Part shown: piece by piece, positions 40,601 through 53,349 of the stretch
Layout: the number at the start of each line of letters is the position of its first letter
Numbering within the stretch: the first letter of the stretch is position 1
DNA from: Ostrea edulis
Taxonomy: Eukaryota
Reading direction: 5' to 3'
NCBI RefSeq assembly: GCF_947568905.1
Contig: NC_079172.1
Span: forward strand, 28,892,001 to 28,956,000
DNA length: 64,000 nucleotides
Notes under the pieces: model-generated
What the model saw: the letters and a program-made list of their open reading frames with translations, nothing else
Databases searched by the model: none
What the model was told of the DNA's origin: nothing
Program-made: the position numbers and the translations under genes

Positions 40601-43600
40601 TCCGCGAAGCGAGCCAGAGAGGTGTCTCCAACAGAGTCCCAACGCAGCAAGAGGGAGATTTCACCAGCATTGTCTCACAGGTAATTAATAATCAGCATTG
40701 TCTCATAGATAATTAATAATCAGCATTGTCTCATAGATAAATAATCATCAGCACTGTCTCACAGATAAATTATTACCAGCACTGTCTCACAGATAAATAA
40801 TCAGCAGCACTGTCTCAGAGATAAGTAATCACTGTGTCACAGATACCGTATAGCGGGTTATAATTTTGGTTTATTTTAGCAGTTAGATATCTTTCCGCCA
40901 AAATTTCACTTGCCAAACATGCACCCAATTTTGACTTCAGTATGTGAAAAGAGACAACTCTTACCTGTCCGCCAAAATTTATTCTGCTAAAATTATTAGC
41001 ATACCTTTGAGCCAGCAAATCGCCAAATTTTATACCAGCAGGATAAACCTGCTATACGGTAAATAATTACTGTCTCGCAGATAAATAATTACTGTCTCAC
41101 AGATAAATAATTACTGTCTCGCAGATAAATAATCACTAGCACTATCTCACAATGTTTCAAGCTACACTGTAAATAATGACTGATATTCTTCCACTAGTAA
41201 CATGTCAACAAGGTGGTTGATATAACAGTATACAGTAAAACATGGTTATAGTGGACCTTCAAGGCCAGTAAAAAGCAATCCGTTATAACCAAACTTCATT
41301 ATACAGTAAAACAGTTATAGTTTTACTTAAAGATAAAAAAAAAAAACTAGCAGAGAAAAACAGTTCATTATAACCAAACTTCATTATATCCAATAGCATT
41401 TTCATTATTTTCGTCTTGTAGGGTAATGAATATCACTTTGTAGTAAGTGTGAATTCATTATAAGCATGTTTGTCATAAGTGTGTCTTACTGTAAACAGGT
41501 GAATCTGAAGTGTATTAAATCTGTATTGAAATCAAATCACATTGAAGGTCCAGATTATACCTCTGTTAACATTGTAGCTGTTAATTTCTGTTAACTTTGT
41601 AGGAGTAAGTCCAGTGCTACTCCTGTTGAGAAGCCGCCAACAAAAGCGGAGGAGGAGGAGGAAGATAAAGGGAGATCCAGGGACTGGGACCGGGGGAGTG
41701 AGAAGTCGGACAAGAAGGGGAGGGAGAGGCATGCTTCTAGTGTAAGGAGATTGAATGTGTGTGATATGTTAGCATCACACATGATAAAAAAAATGTCAGG
41801 ATTTGTTTTGATAATTTGTACATTATGATTAAACAGATATTATATGTTTAATACCTAAATTTTACTTAAACAAAATCATATTAGAGATACAAAGAAATTG
41901 GTCCATTTTTAAAGTTTCAGCTTAATTTTTTAATCTAACCATATTTACAATATTGCTTTCCTATTCCTTTCTCATTCTTGTTTTGAAATTGCTTTTCTTA
42001 TTCTTTTTCATACCCATAACAGCCCTTTTCTGTTGAGGAAGACAGGGGGTCAAGGGTCTCTAAAAGGTCAAGGTCACCTGAGGTCATTGATGAGCAAAAG
42101 GACAGGGACAGAAGGAAGAAGAGAAAATTGGATCGAGATGGTAAAAAACAACTTCATACTTTTGTAGGAAACCATGACTTCATCATGGCATCTAAACATT
42201 GTAATTATAAAAATTTCTGAAGGTCACACTGTAAATTTATTTTCATTGTTTTCATGGTATACATACATGAATTTAAATCCTCTGTGAACTAAAGTTATTA
42301 ATCTTCAATTAAATTAATTAAACAAACACAGACAACCCCTGAAATCCTCAAAGTAAAAAATAAGCTCATTTTTCTCAAACCATGAAGAAATCTTCATCCT
42401 GTGAAGATACCTGATTTTACAACAGATATTATACCTCAGTACGAGAATTCTATGCAACGCGTAATCTGATTGGTCTAGACGGTCACATGCCAGGAATAAC
42501 AAAACTTCATATCTCCCTCTCAAACATCATACTGTATCTCCCTATCATATTTACTGCTTGGGCAGCCTCATGCATTTTCCATAAATTTAACGTCAAAGAC
42601 GACGAAATGTATTGTGACATCACAATAAGTCCGAGTCATTCTACTTCCACTATTCGTAAGGCACAAAACATGCAGTTCTCTGATACACAGTTAAATCCCC
42701 TGATTTTGGTTGATACAAAAACAAGCAAGTAAATCAGCATTCAAGGAGAATGGCAAAAACAAAAACTGGTTATCATATCACTGTATTTCGCTGTTTGTAC
42801 CTTCTAATTCGTTGAGGCGCGGTGTTACCGTTAGGGCAATCTCAGCTACATACATGTACAATGTATAGATGAACGGACTCCAATCTCAAATGCAATTTTG
42901 TGGTCTTGCTTTGTTTCGGTATAATAAACAATTTACTGCATGAATGTTCGGGAGATATGAAGATTTATTCACCCAAGAAAAATTATATTCCCCTCGGGCG
43001 TTGCCCTTGGGGAATATGATTTTTCTTGGGTGAATAAATCTTCATATCTCCCTCACTATCATGCAATAAATGCATAATATTCAGGTTGTATTTTGTAACA
43101 ATTGTCGAGTAAACATGGGCTTTTTCTCTAAATATTTGAAGAAATAAAAAAACCTGCCAGGTCCTGTAGATACTGTTTGTATATTAAAATACTGAGTGAT
43201 TCATCAAAAGAATGTAAAGAATGGAAGCGATCTGATTCACAATAACACATTATGATTGAAAATGTGTGTATTCATGCAAGAGTAATGGGGATCTGTGGTG
43301 TTTAATCACTGCAACTAATTTTGTTTTGTGTTATAGATGATAGAAGACCAAGTGATAAAAGTCGTGATGAAGAACACAAGTCAGGTATCTTATAAGCAGT
43401 CTCGGACCATTTGTGAAATTATTGTCATTTTCACTTATTGCTAATGTTTGTACCGTTACAAAATACCATTAAAGTACAACATATGTATGAAAATTATGCT
43501 ATATTTTTAAATATTGTTTTTGGTGTCTATGGTTTAAAATTTTCTCATTATATTTCATACAAATTTTTTATAAAATATCAACCTGGAGTTTCATTTTGTG

Positions 43601-46600
43601 AATCAATTTTCATGAAATGCTAAATTGCAGAAATGTCTCAAATTTCGTGTCATGATTTTAAAATGATTTACGATAGACTGTTACAGAGGTGTCCTGATTT
43701 GATCACAGTTGTTTGGTTTGGTTTTTTTTTTCTAATTCAAAAATAAATATTCATATAGAAGATTTACATGATTAATGCATAGAGGTAAATGCTTGTGTTT
43801 GAATCATCATCTGGTAAAGTTGGTCCTAATATTATTTTAAAATTATGAGAAGAAATTGTGCATGTTTCTTTGGTTAATGTTTTATTTTGATAAATTTGAA
43901 CCTGAAATGCCTTTTTGAAAAAAGATGGCTTTGTACGAAGAAGGGTTTTTGTTTGTGAACTGACTTTTATGAACTCACTGCTCTTTGTAGTTGGCAGACG
44001 TTCTCAGAGCAGTCAGCCTGACAACAAGCCCAGTGATTGGTCAGAAGATTCGGAGGAGAAACCTCCAGTGGAGGAGATGGAGAAGGATAAAGAACAGGTT
44101 GGTATTCAGTTAAACAAATACTTAGAGACTGATTGCCTGGAGGACAGCATTCAATGTTCACCATACTGGATCTCTGTGATACAAGGTATTGCCTTCAGTT
44201 TAAATGACATCAGTTTTGGGGCTTACAAAATGAAATTTAAATGTATGGTGGATTTTTAGTTAGGAAAATATTTCCACCATAGAGAAACCGACATATGATT
44301 TTTATGTCTCCCCTCTTTCAGAGGAAGACATATTGTTTTCATACACCCGTCTTTAGATGGGACATGATATGGTACATTGATGTTTGTACTTCCATCCATT
44401 TGGGGTTTGTTCCTAATTTCATTTCTCTGTCACATACAAAGGTTAAACTTGCTATGTAGCTTCTTTGTGGATCATTCTAGATCATATTGCAATTCTGATC
44501 CATTTTGACCTATCTTGCAGGAGTTTTGCCCCTTTATTTGAATATTATTGTTATATGGAGGGTACATAATTTGTCCGGCCAACTCCTCCCACAATTCTCA
44601 AGTGAAGACCATCTTGTTTTATGGAATCTTTGTATGGATATTGAAGATATGCATGTAGCAAGGATTTGGTTTTTCTTCAACTTCTGAGAAAAATACAGGT
44701 TGTTGAACTATTTTGAGGAAATATTATAGAGAGTACATGATTTGTTTGGTGTTTTCATCCCAGTTTTCAAGTGAGAACCTTGTTATTTTACAAAGTGTTT
44801 ACAGGGGTATTGAAGGTGTACATGTGGAAAGGATTTCCATCTTCATTTTTTGAGAAAATTACAGGTCATTAAACTTACTTACTTTTGAGGAATTACTGCA
44901 TAGAGATTATTTGATTTGTCTGTTTTTCCACCCACAGTTTTCTATTAAGGACCTTATTATACAGAATATTTGTATGGGTATAGAAGATGTGCACGTGGCA
45001 GGGATTTTGATTTTCTTCAATTTCTAAGAAAATTACAGGTTATTGAACTTAATTGGTTTTGAGGAGATATTATGTCAATAAAGGACATGATTTGTCTTTA
45101 TATTCCTTTCACAGCTTAGAAGCTATGGTATTTGTAAATAAATTGAAGATGTGCATAAGTGCAAGGATTTTGATTTTCAACAATTTTTCATTTTCTTTTA
45201 CGTTTTGAATATTGAGAGGTTGCTGAGCCTGGTCAAATTTAGGGAAATATTTTAAACACGGAACTCTTGGTTTGTCTATCTACCTCCTGTCACATTTTTA
45301 AGCTAAGACCATTTCTTCATATTATGCAAAGAAAGTATGCCTGATACTACCTGAAGCTTCTACAAATGGCTTAAGAAAAACTCCCTATGTATGCATTTTC
45401 ATGGGTGCATTATATACCGTTTGCAGTATTCTTGTACTTTCTGTCACAAAATCTTGTGAACGCTTCTCCTCCTACATGGCTTATTGGGTAGACTTAAAAC
45501 TTTGTGCAATGCTTCATTGCCATTTGTAGATGTGCATATTGGTGGAACAGGAGGATTCAATTATTTTCCTAAAAGTTAGAGTGGATCTAAGAGGGGTGGA
45601 GGATGTAAAATAGCTTATGAACACTTCTCCTATATGGCTTATTCGATAGACTTGAAATTTTGTACAATACTTTAATGCGATTTGCAGATGTGCATATTGT
45701 AGGGACAGGAGGATCCAATTATCATCCTTATGTTATCCATCCTTAAACTTATAGTGGATCTGTGGGGTGGAGAGTGTAAAATAGTTTGTGAACACTTCTC
45801 CTATGTGGCTTATTGTAGTTCATAATGGCTATGTTCCTACTCATGCTTTCTCCTCCACACCATGCAATACTTTAAGGGGAGGAGGTTTCATTTGAAGCAC
45901 TTCCAATTTAGGAAGCTGGGAGATATTTGTTTCATAACAACAATCTCAAGTTTTTCAAAGTTTTGCTTTTTGTGAGAAACATAAAAGTGAGCTTTAGTAT
46001 GGTGGTGCTGGTGTCAGTTCTTCCAGGCAGAAATAAAGGTTGTGTTTTTACGAGATTTTCATTGTCCTGTGTAGGTGTTGTCTGCTTTACCAGAAGAGAC
46101 ATAAAGGTTGTGTTTTTACGAGATTTTCAATGTCCTGTGTAGGTGGTGTCTGCTTTACCAGGCAGACATAATGGTTGTGTTTTTACGAAATTTTCAATGT
46201 CTTGTGTAGGTGGTGTCTGCTTTACCAGAACATCTCCAGTCCAGACGACGTCGAAGCCACAGTCGCAGCAGCAGAGGAAGCACAGGACGCAGCAGTCACC
46301 GTGACAACCGCAGCAGACGGTCATCGTTCGATCGTGGACGACGGGATCGCACGCCTGACAATCGGTCCTCTAGTCGACCCAGCAGTCGCGACAGGTCAAG
46401 GTCAGTGGAATATCGTAAACCTAAGTCATATACTGAATTATTATGTGTCCCTGTCATCAGTGGGACATGTACTGTTTTTGTCAGTTTTCTTATTCCTCTT
46501 TCATCCAAAGTTTGTCTAACTAAATCATGACACGAAACCCTTTCCCATTTTAACTTGGAACTTGTGTTCAGAATAGGAAACGGTATCCCCCGCATCCCCC

Positions 46601-49343
46601 CCCCCGCTCTTGAATTTTGATCTTGACCAAGGGCTAACAGTCATAATCATGCTGGTGGGGTGACATGTTTTTTATTCAAAAATCATTGCCCACTAATTCA
46701 AGTCTGAATTTCTCTAAAATAAAATCTGAAGTATGTCAGTTTTGTTTACAGTATAGAATGCATTTTCTTTACTTACAGCAGGGGAAGAACAAGTTCAATT
46801 GATGACAGAGAAAAAGAAAAGACGAAAAGTGATGCATCTGAAAGCAAAACTGAGCCGCTAATTAAAAAAGAAAGACCTAATGAAGGTAATCGAATCATAA
46901 TGCACGAATTGTTATTGTTGTGGAAATACATGAAAATATGTGCTTGCGCAAGATATGTAAAAGAACAAAAAAATGTGTATGAAATAATGAAAGTGATGAT
47001 TAATTTTTTTTACAGATGAAGAAGAGGATTCTGATGATAATTTGTCATTGGAGGAGATTTCGAGTGAAGAGGGTAGTGTCATTGGAGAAGAAGAAAAGAA
47101 ACCTAGTAAGTTAAAATTTTAACTCCATAATTACAGTATTATCTGTCTTAATCGACTGTGTGTGGTTCCAAATTACAGCATAATCTGTCTAAACTGACTA
47201 TGTGTGGTTCCAAATTACTGTATAATCTGTCTAAACCGACTGTGTGTGGTTCCAAATTACAGTATAATCTGTCTTAACCGACAGTGTGTGTGGTTCCAAA
47301 TTACAGTATAATCTGTCTAAACCAACTGTGTGGTTCCAAATTACAGTATAATCTGTCTTAATTGACTGTGTGTGGTTCCAAATTACAGTATAATCTGTCT
47401 TAAACGAATGTGTGTGGCTCCAAATTACAGTATAATCTGTCTAAAATGACTGTGTGGTTCCAAATTACAGTATAATCTGTCTTAATTGACTGTGTGTGGT
47501 TCCAAATTACAGTATAATCTGTCATAAATGACTGTACTTTCAAATTACAGTATAATCTGTCTTAATTGACTGTGTGTGGTTCCAAATTACAGTATAATCT
47601 GTCTTAACTGACAGTGTGTGGTTCCAAATTACAGTATAATCTGTCTTAACTGACTGTGTGTGGTTCCAAATTACAGTATAATCTGTCTAAACCAACTGTG
47701 TGTGGTTCCAAATTACAGTATAATCTGTCTAAGCAGGCTGTGTGTAGTTTTAAATGATGCTGTATTCCCACTGAACAAAAATCAGAATTTTGACCAATTG
47801 TGTATGTATACATGAATATTTCTTGTGTATTCAAGTTTACTTTTCTGTTATCAGGTATAATGGACATCGTGGACATAGACTGGACCAGTTTGGTGCAGTC
47901 ATCACAACCCAAACCAGCCAGCACAGGTTCAGCTTTACAACGTTTCAGGGCACCAGCTATATTTGCCAAGCTTGGTGTTTCTAGAGAATTAGCTGGGAAC
48001 GAATTATTTGAGAAGATTCAGAGTTCATGTCAACAGGAACTAGATAAACAGAGAGAGGAAAATACAGAGGGTAAGATAGAGACACTCCGTCTGCAAAGGA
48101 AACCTACTGAGACAAGCTGAAGTTGAAGATGTCTACTTGTGTTACACTTGGTTTCAGAAGGCTTATTATTGTATAATAGAGTTTCATTTCAAAACAGCAG
48201 AACAATTCTTAGCTACATGATCCTCTGTATAGCAATCATTGTATCTTTCATTTATTTTGTACTCCGAGAGCAAAGGAATACAGTTCAGAATCACATTGTA
48301 ATTCTTGCAGCAGTTTTGTCCATTTGACATGTTCTCTGCATGGTGTTTCAGAGTCGACGGGGCTTGCAGTTAAAACTTCAGAACCCGTGGTTTTCCAGCT
48401 GCAGGATTCCCTGAGCAGAGTCCAGGCAAATTCCTCCACTCTGTCCTCAAAGAGTGAAATCTTAAAGAGCATCGGCAGCTTTAGACGGGCATTGTGTGCC
48501 AGGAAAGACCTGGAGATCCGAAGAAAGCTGTGTAAAGTGGACACGGTGAGATCGCACTTCATGGGCAAATCTGATGGGAGAGAGCCTTCGGGGTTCCAGA
48601 GCTCCCAGGAAAATTAAAATCATAGAATTTTAAGGTGTTAATTAAATTTCACATCAATAGTTACTGTCTCCCACACCACCCCTTACCCCCAGAGAAATCG
48701 TGGATCAGCCCCAGTATGGATTGCATAATAGATTTCAAAGGCAGTGTAAAAATAATGAAATTTATTTTCACCTTCCTATTTACAGAGTATATAAGTATAA
48801 TTTTTGTGTGGTTGGTAATTTACACTGAAACAGGAGGAGAAACTTGGTATGCATAAAAATGTTTCCCCAGGGTAATATTTACATTTATTGTCAAGTCTAC
48901 TTTAAATCCTTTAAGGCTGGGACGAGATTGATTTAATCTGTATGCATAATGGTTCACTGTGAAATTCCATAATCAATGACGGTTTGAATATCTAGTTGCC
49001 GAATGTTCTGTACCTGAAAATCATCTCTTTAGAAATGAAATTAATTGTACATCCAGCTAGGATATAAGAAGACATGTAATGAATATGTTTGGTATGCATT
49101 CAGTTTTGGGTTGTTTTTTTTTTTAGTTTTAAACATTTCAAGATGCACCTGTAGTTCATACATATCACTTTCATTTCTTCATTGTCCATTTTCATCTTGT
49201 AGAACTTGGACCAGTCTTTCAATCCTCCCATGCCAGACAGGGAACTGTGTAAACTTAGTGCTCAGCTTCTGACTGCATCAGACATTTCTCCGGTGAAAGA
49301 CGATGTTACAGCAATCATTAAACCAGAGATTCAGTGTGCCTAG
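16686..49343 (+). CDS. ZC3H13: Zinc finger CCCH domain-containing protein 13 (Flacc; m6A writer-complex adaptor), about 1585 aa
   Basis: 25 phase-consistent exons: 16686-16808, 19431-19543, 20704-20915, 24661-24773, 25983-26047, 27263-27346, 27599-28459, 30199-30420, 31492-31823, 34189-34323, 35797-35856, 36906-37095, 37395-38025, 38354-38460, 40522-40680, 41603-41741, 42023-42140, 43337-43384, 43991-44097, 46210-46400, 46779-46885, 47016-47105, 47855-48070, 48352-48545, 49203-49343. Diagnostic segments are the N-terminus MSKIKRRVTV...PSVFERLGP, a C-x8-C-x5-C-x3-H finger, the LDYKKELELERQRQLIQKEL coil, an RS/RD-rich middle, and the C-terminal GVSRELAGNELFEKI...LCARKDLEIRRKL. A few low-complexity boundaries are uncertain. 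Confidence 0.92.
17339..17786. mobile_element. hAT-type MITE
   Basis: Termini tagggctaaaac and gtttcagcccta. The 8-bp flanks ggttacac and ggatatac match at 6 of 8 positions. Confidence 0.6.
17930..18351. repeat. 47-bp minisatellite, about 9 near-identical copies
   Basis: Unit aatatccacatacaatagaggaaatacacagtactgttagttatttt. Confidence 0.97.
18618..19326. mobile_element. Probable hAT-type MITE
   Basis: TIRs cagggtttaaacttaac and gttaagtttcaaccctg. No clear TSD. Confidence 0.55.
22510..23130. repeat. Composite minisatellite (about 41-bp unit interspersed with an about 39-bp unit)
   Basis: gtgaagataagtaaatatatacaatgatcacagagtcctat repeats with periodic gtattctgaatccttcacattctagttttatt inserts. 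Confidence 0.9.
26129..26821. mobile_element. Tc1/mariner-type MITE, long copy, TA TSD
   Basis: TA-caggtaaacttc...taagtttacctg-TA. It interrupts a tandem unit whose neighbouring copies show the empty site ggtaTAatta. Confidence 0.85.
28695..29999. mobile_element. Non-autonomous Helitron/Helentron-like (HINE-type) insertion
   Basis: Begins ttataccccc..gaacaaacttt..ggg and ends gcagggagtattagtcctgttaggacag. The same terminal motifs flank about 36450-36770, and the internal aacactgagct..gtagacact recurs at about 49620. Confidence 0.5.
31851..32585. repeat. About 43-bp minisatellite derived from a MITE left end, about 17 copies
   Basis: Unit aattacagtaaaacacacttatagtgaagtgctggggacaaac. Confidence 0.95.
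33200..34014. repeat. 45-bp minisatellite with an internal strand switch at about 33673
   Basis: tgtaagtgtgaattcattataagtgtgttcactgtaactgtgttttac repeats to about 33672, then its reverse complement repeats to about 34014. Confidence 0.95.
38578..39271. mobile_element. PIF/Harbinger-like non-autonomous element, TAA TSD
   Basis: About 30-bp TIRs ggccacatcaaatcgattctttggttctcagac and gtctgagaaccagagaatcgatttgatgtggct, flanked by TAA. Adjacent repeat units show the empty site aatgTAAcagg. Confidence 0.75.
39680..40111. mobile_element. hAT-like MITE with possible 5-bp TSD
   Basis: Imperfect TIRs cagtgttgggtttttttccc and gggggaaaacactg. acaca lies on both flanks, which could be chance in an AC-rich context. 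Confidence 0.45.
40846..41059. mobile_element. Tc1/pogo-type MITE, TA TSD
   Basis: TA-ccgtatagcgggttat...ataaacctgctatacgg-TA, inserted in the repeat unit cacagaTAaataat. Confidence 0.75.
41230..41493. mobile_element. TA-flanked MITE; single-copy relative of the 31.8-34.0 kb arrays
   Basis: tacagtaaaacatggttatag...gtgaattcattataagcatg...gtgtcttactgta. Confidence 0.6.
42932..43070. repeat. About 140-bp near-perfect palindrome (probably TE-derived)
   Basis: gggagatatgaagatttattcacccaagaaaaat..ttcccc mirrors ggggaa..atttttcttgggtgaataaatcttcatatctccc. Confidence 0.85.
47130..47745. repeat. About 42-bp minisatellite, about 14 copies
   Basis: Unit aattacagtataatctgtcttaactgactgtgtgtggttcca. Confidence 0.95.
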
Positions 49344-50124
49344 GAACTGCAGCATCCAGCAGCTAAAATTAAAACAATTAACATTGTTTCACAAAGCAGA
49401 ACCACAGTCGTTGTGGGATCTGCTCAGCACAATGCAGACATATTTTTATTGTCGTTTATGTGTTCATGTCTTACATGTATAACATTGTCATTTTCATTAA
49501 AAAAGTGAAATTTGTGAATTTTTCATTGAAATTCATTATTGGGAATATATTCCATTATTTTCCCCTCGCAATTCATGGCAAGAGGGGATATAGTAACAGG
49601 GCCGTTCACGTGTGAGAGTGTGTAACACTGAGCTTGTAGACACTCTCGGGCCACATTTTATTCTTGACTTGATACTTTCATGTATGAGAGTGTGTAACAC
49701 TGAGCTTGTTGACACGCTCAGGCCACATTTTATTCTTGATTTGATGCTTTCAAGCGAGAAAGAACCCAATTGATTTTGGGGTCAGAGTTCAAGGTCTGAC
49801 TGACTACTTTAATGGATACGACAAATGAAATGATTTGAAGCTGCGAGATTTCTGGTCACATGGGGCTTTGATGAATGTTTGAAGGTACATTGTACATGTA
49901 TATTTGGACACAAGAATAATGGGAAATATGTAATTTCCCATTATACTTGTGTTCAAATATAGGAATTTTTTGATAATGAATTTTTGAGATGACATTGCAA
50001 GAAGACAACAACCGTGTGCATTTTTTTCTGCATCATAAATCTATATTTGGGGGTAGATCTGTAGCTCTCTGGCTTGTCCCAATACTTTCCCAAAGAGCTA
50101 CAGATCTGCAGCTATTAAGAGCTC

Positions 50125-53100
50125 TGAGTGAGGAGATTGTTAGGTGAATATGAGTGTGAGGTGATTATGAATGTGTGGCAATTATGAGCTCCGAGTAGGG
50201 GGGGGGGGGGGGGGATTATGTATTCCGAGTGTGAGGTGATTGTGTTCCAAGTGTGAGGTGATTATGAGTTCTGAGTGTGAGGTGATTATGAGTTCTGAGT
50301 GTGAGGTGATTATGAGTTCTGAGTGTGGTGATTCTGAGTGTGAGGTGATTTTAAGCTCTAAATGTGAGGTGATTTTGAGTTCTAAGTTGAGGTGATTATG
50401 AGTTCTGAGTGTGACATGATTATGAGTTTTGACTGAGGTGATTATGAGTTCTCACAGCTGTTTTTGAGTATGAGGTGATTTTGAGTGTGAGGTGATTATG
50501 AGTTCTCACTGGTGATTTTGAGTGTGAGGTGATTATGAGTTCTCACTGGTGATTTTGAGTGTGAGGTGATTACGAGTTCTCACTGTTAGGTGATTTTGAG
50601 TGTGAGGTGATTATGAGTTTTGACTGTGAGCTGTGAGGTGATTATTATGGGTTTTGAGTGTGAGGTGATAATGAGTTTTGAGTGTAAGGTGATTATGAGT
50701 TTTGAGTGTGGTGTTCAGGAGTTCTGATTGTGAGGTGATGAGTTTTGAGTGTGAAGTGATTATGAGTTCTGAGTGTGTGTTGATTATGAGTTCTGAGTGT
50801 AAGGTGATTATGAGTGTGAGGTGAGTATGAGTTCTGAGTGTGAGGTGATTATGAGTTCTGAATGTGATTTTGAGTGTGAGGTGATTATGAGTTCTGAGTG
50901 TGAGGTGATTTTGAGAGTGAGGTGATTACGAGTTCTGAGTGTGAGTTGATTATGAGTTCCAAGTGTGAGATGTTTGAGTTCTGAGTGTAAGGTGATTTTG
51001 AGTGTGAGGTGATTATGAGTTCTGACTGTAAGATGTTTATCAATTCTGGGTGTGAGATGTTTATGAGTTCTGAGTGTGAGGTGATTATGAGTTATGACTG
51101 AGATGTTTATCAGTTCTGAATGTGAGGTGATTATGAGTTCTGAGTGTGAGGTGATTATGAATTGTGACTGTGTGGTGATTATGAGCTGCGAGTGTGAGGT
51201 GATTATGAGTTTTGAGTGAGGTGATTTTGAGTGTGAGGTGATTATGAGCTCTGAGTATGAGGTGATTGTGAGTTTTGAGTGAGGTGATTTTGAGTGTGAG
51301 GTGATTATGAGCTCTGAGTGTGAGGTGATTATGAGCTCTGACTGTGAGGTGATTATGAGTTTTGAAGGTGAGGTGATTATGAGTTCTGACTGAGGTTATT
51401 TTGAGTGTGAGGTGATCATGAGTTCCGAGTGTGAGATGTTTATGAGTTCTGGGTGTGAGATGTTTATGAATTCTGAGTGTGAGGTGATTATGAGCTCTTA
51501 CTGTGAGGTGATTATGAGTTCTGATTGTGGTGTTTATGAGTTCTGAGTGTAAGGTGATTTTGACTGTGAGGTGATTTTGAGTTCTGAGTGTGAGGTGATT
51601 ATGAGATCTGAATGTGAGGTGATTAAGTTCTGAGCATTGGGTGATTATGAGTTATGGGTGTGAGGAGATTATGAGTGTGAGGTGATTCAGAACTTGTATT
51701 CACCTCACACTCAGAACTCATCATCATCTCACATCCAGAACGCATAATCATCTCACACCCAGAACTCATAATCATCTCACACCCAGATCTCATAATCAGC
51801 TCACACTCAGAACTCATAATCACTTCATACTCATAATTACCTCACACTTGGAACTTAAAATCACCTCACATTCAGAACTCATATTCAACACTCATATAAT
51901 CAACACAGTCATAACTCATAATCACCTCTCATAGAACTCAACCACCTCAGAGCTCATAATCACCTCACAATTGGATTCATAATCACCTCAAACTCAGAAT
52001 TACCCAAGACTCATAAGTCATATAACCACTTCACACCCAGAACCCATAATCACCTCACACTCAGACTCAGAACCACCCTACTTTCATACCTCATAATCAC
52101 CTCACAATTAGAACTCATCACCTTACACTTAGAACTCATAACCACCCCACAATCAGAACTCATAATCACCCCACAATCAGAACTCATAATCATCCCAAAA
52201 TCAGAACTCATAATCACCCCACAATCAGAACTCGTTATCATCCCACAATCAGAACTCATAATCACCCCACAATCAGAACTCATAATCACCCCACAATCAG
52301 AACTCATAATCACCCCACAATCAGAACTCATAATCACCCCACAATCAGAACTCATAATCATCCCACAATCAGAACTCATAATCGCCCCACAATCAGAACT
52401 CATAATCACCCCACAATCAGAACTCATAATCATCCCAAATCAGAACTCATAATCACCCCACAATCAGAACTCATAATCACCCCACAATCAGAACTCATAA
52501 TCACCCCACAATCAGAACTCATAATCATCCCAAAATCAGAACTCATAATCACCCCACAATCAGAACTCGTTATCATCCCACAATCAGAACTCATAATCAC
52601 CCCACAATCAGAACTCATAATCATCCCCAAATCAGAACTCATTATCACCCCACAATCAGAACTCGTTATCATCCCACAATCAGAACTCATAATCACCCCA
52701 CAATCAGAACTCATAATCACCCCACAATCAGAACTCATAATCACCCCACAATCAGAACTTGTTATCACCCTACAATCAGAACTCATAATCACCCCACAAT
52801 CAGAACTCATAATCACCCCACAATCAGAGCTCGTAATCATCCCACAATCAGAACTCATAATCACCCCACAATCAGAACTCATAATCACCCCACAATCAGA
52901 ACTCATAATTACCCCACAATCAGAACTCATAATCATCCCACAATCAGAACTCATAATCATCCTACAGTCACAACTCATAATTACCTTGCACTCAGATCTC
53001 ACAATCAGAACTCATAATCATCTGACCCATTTAACTCGTAATTAACTCACACTTACAACTCATAATCATATCACCCATGGAACTCATAATTATCTCACAA

Positions 53101-53125
53101 TTAGAACTCATAATCACCTCACACT
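50125..53125. repeat. 24-bp minisatellite forming an about 3-kb inverted array
   Basis: gagtgtgaggtgattatgagttct repeats to about 51687, then the reverse-complement family cagaactcataatcacc(t/c)caca(c/a)t. Confidence 0.95.
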
Positions 53126-53349
53126 CAGAACATCTCACTGAGTGTAAAATAAAGTTTCATAGCACCATACTTGCAAGATAAAGATTCATCATGGTAAAAC
53201 CTCAATAATGTTTTAACAGACTAGATAAAATTTAACCCATGATATTCTAAATTGCACAATGCTAGCTTTTGATTAAGAATTGATTGATTAATTTGGGTTC
53301 AACACCGTTTTGGCAATATTTCAGCCATTTTATGGCAATTAATTGTATG

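Noticed and set aside
51623-53002. (MSSDCGVI)n ORFs
   Set aside because: Translation of a 24-bp satellite; frames break and there is no gene context.
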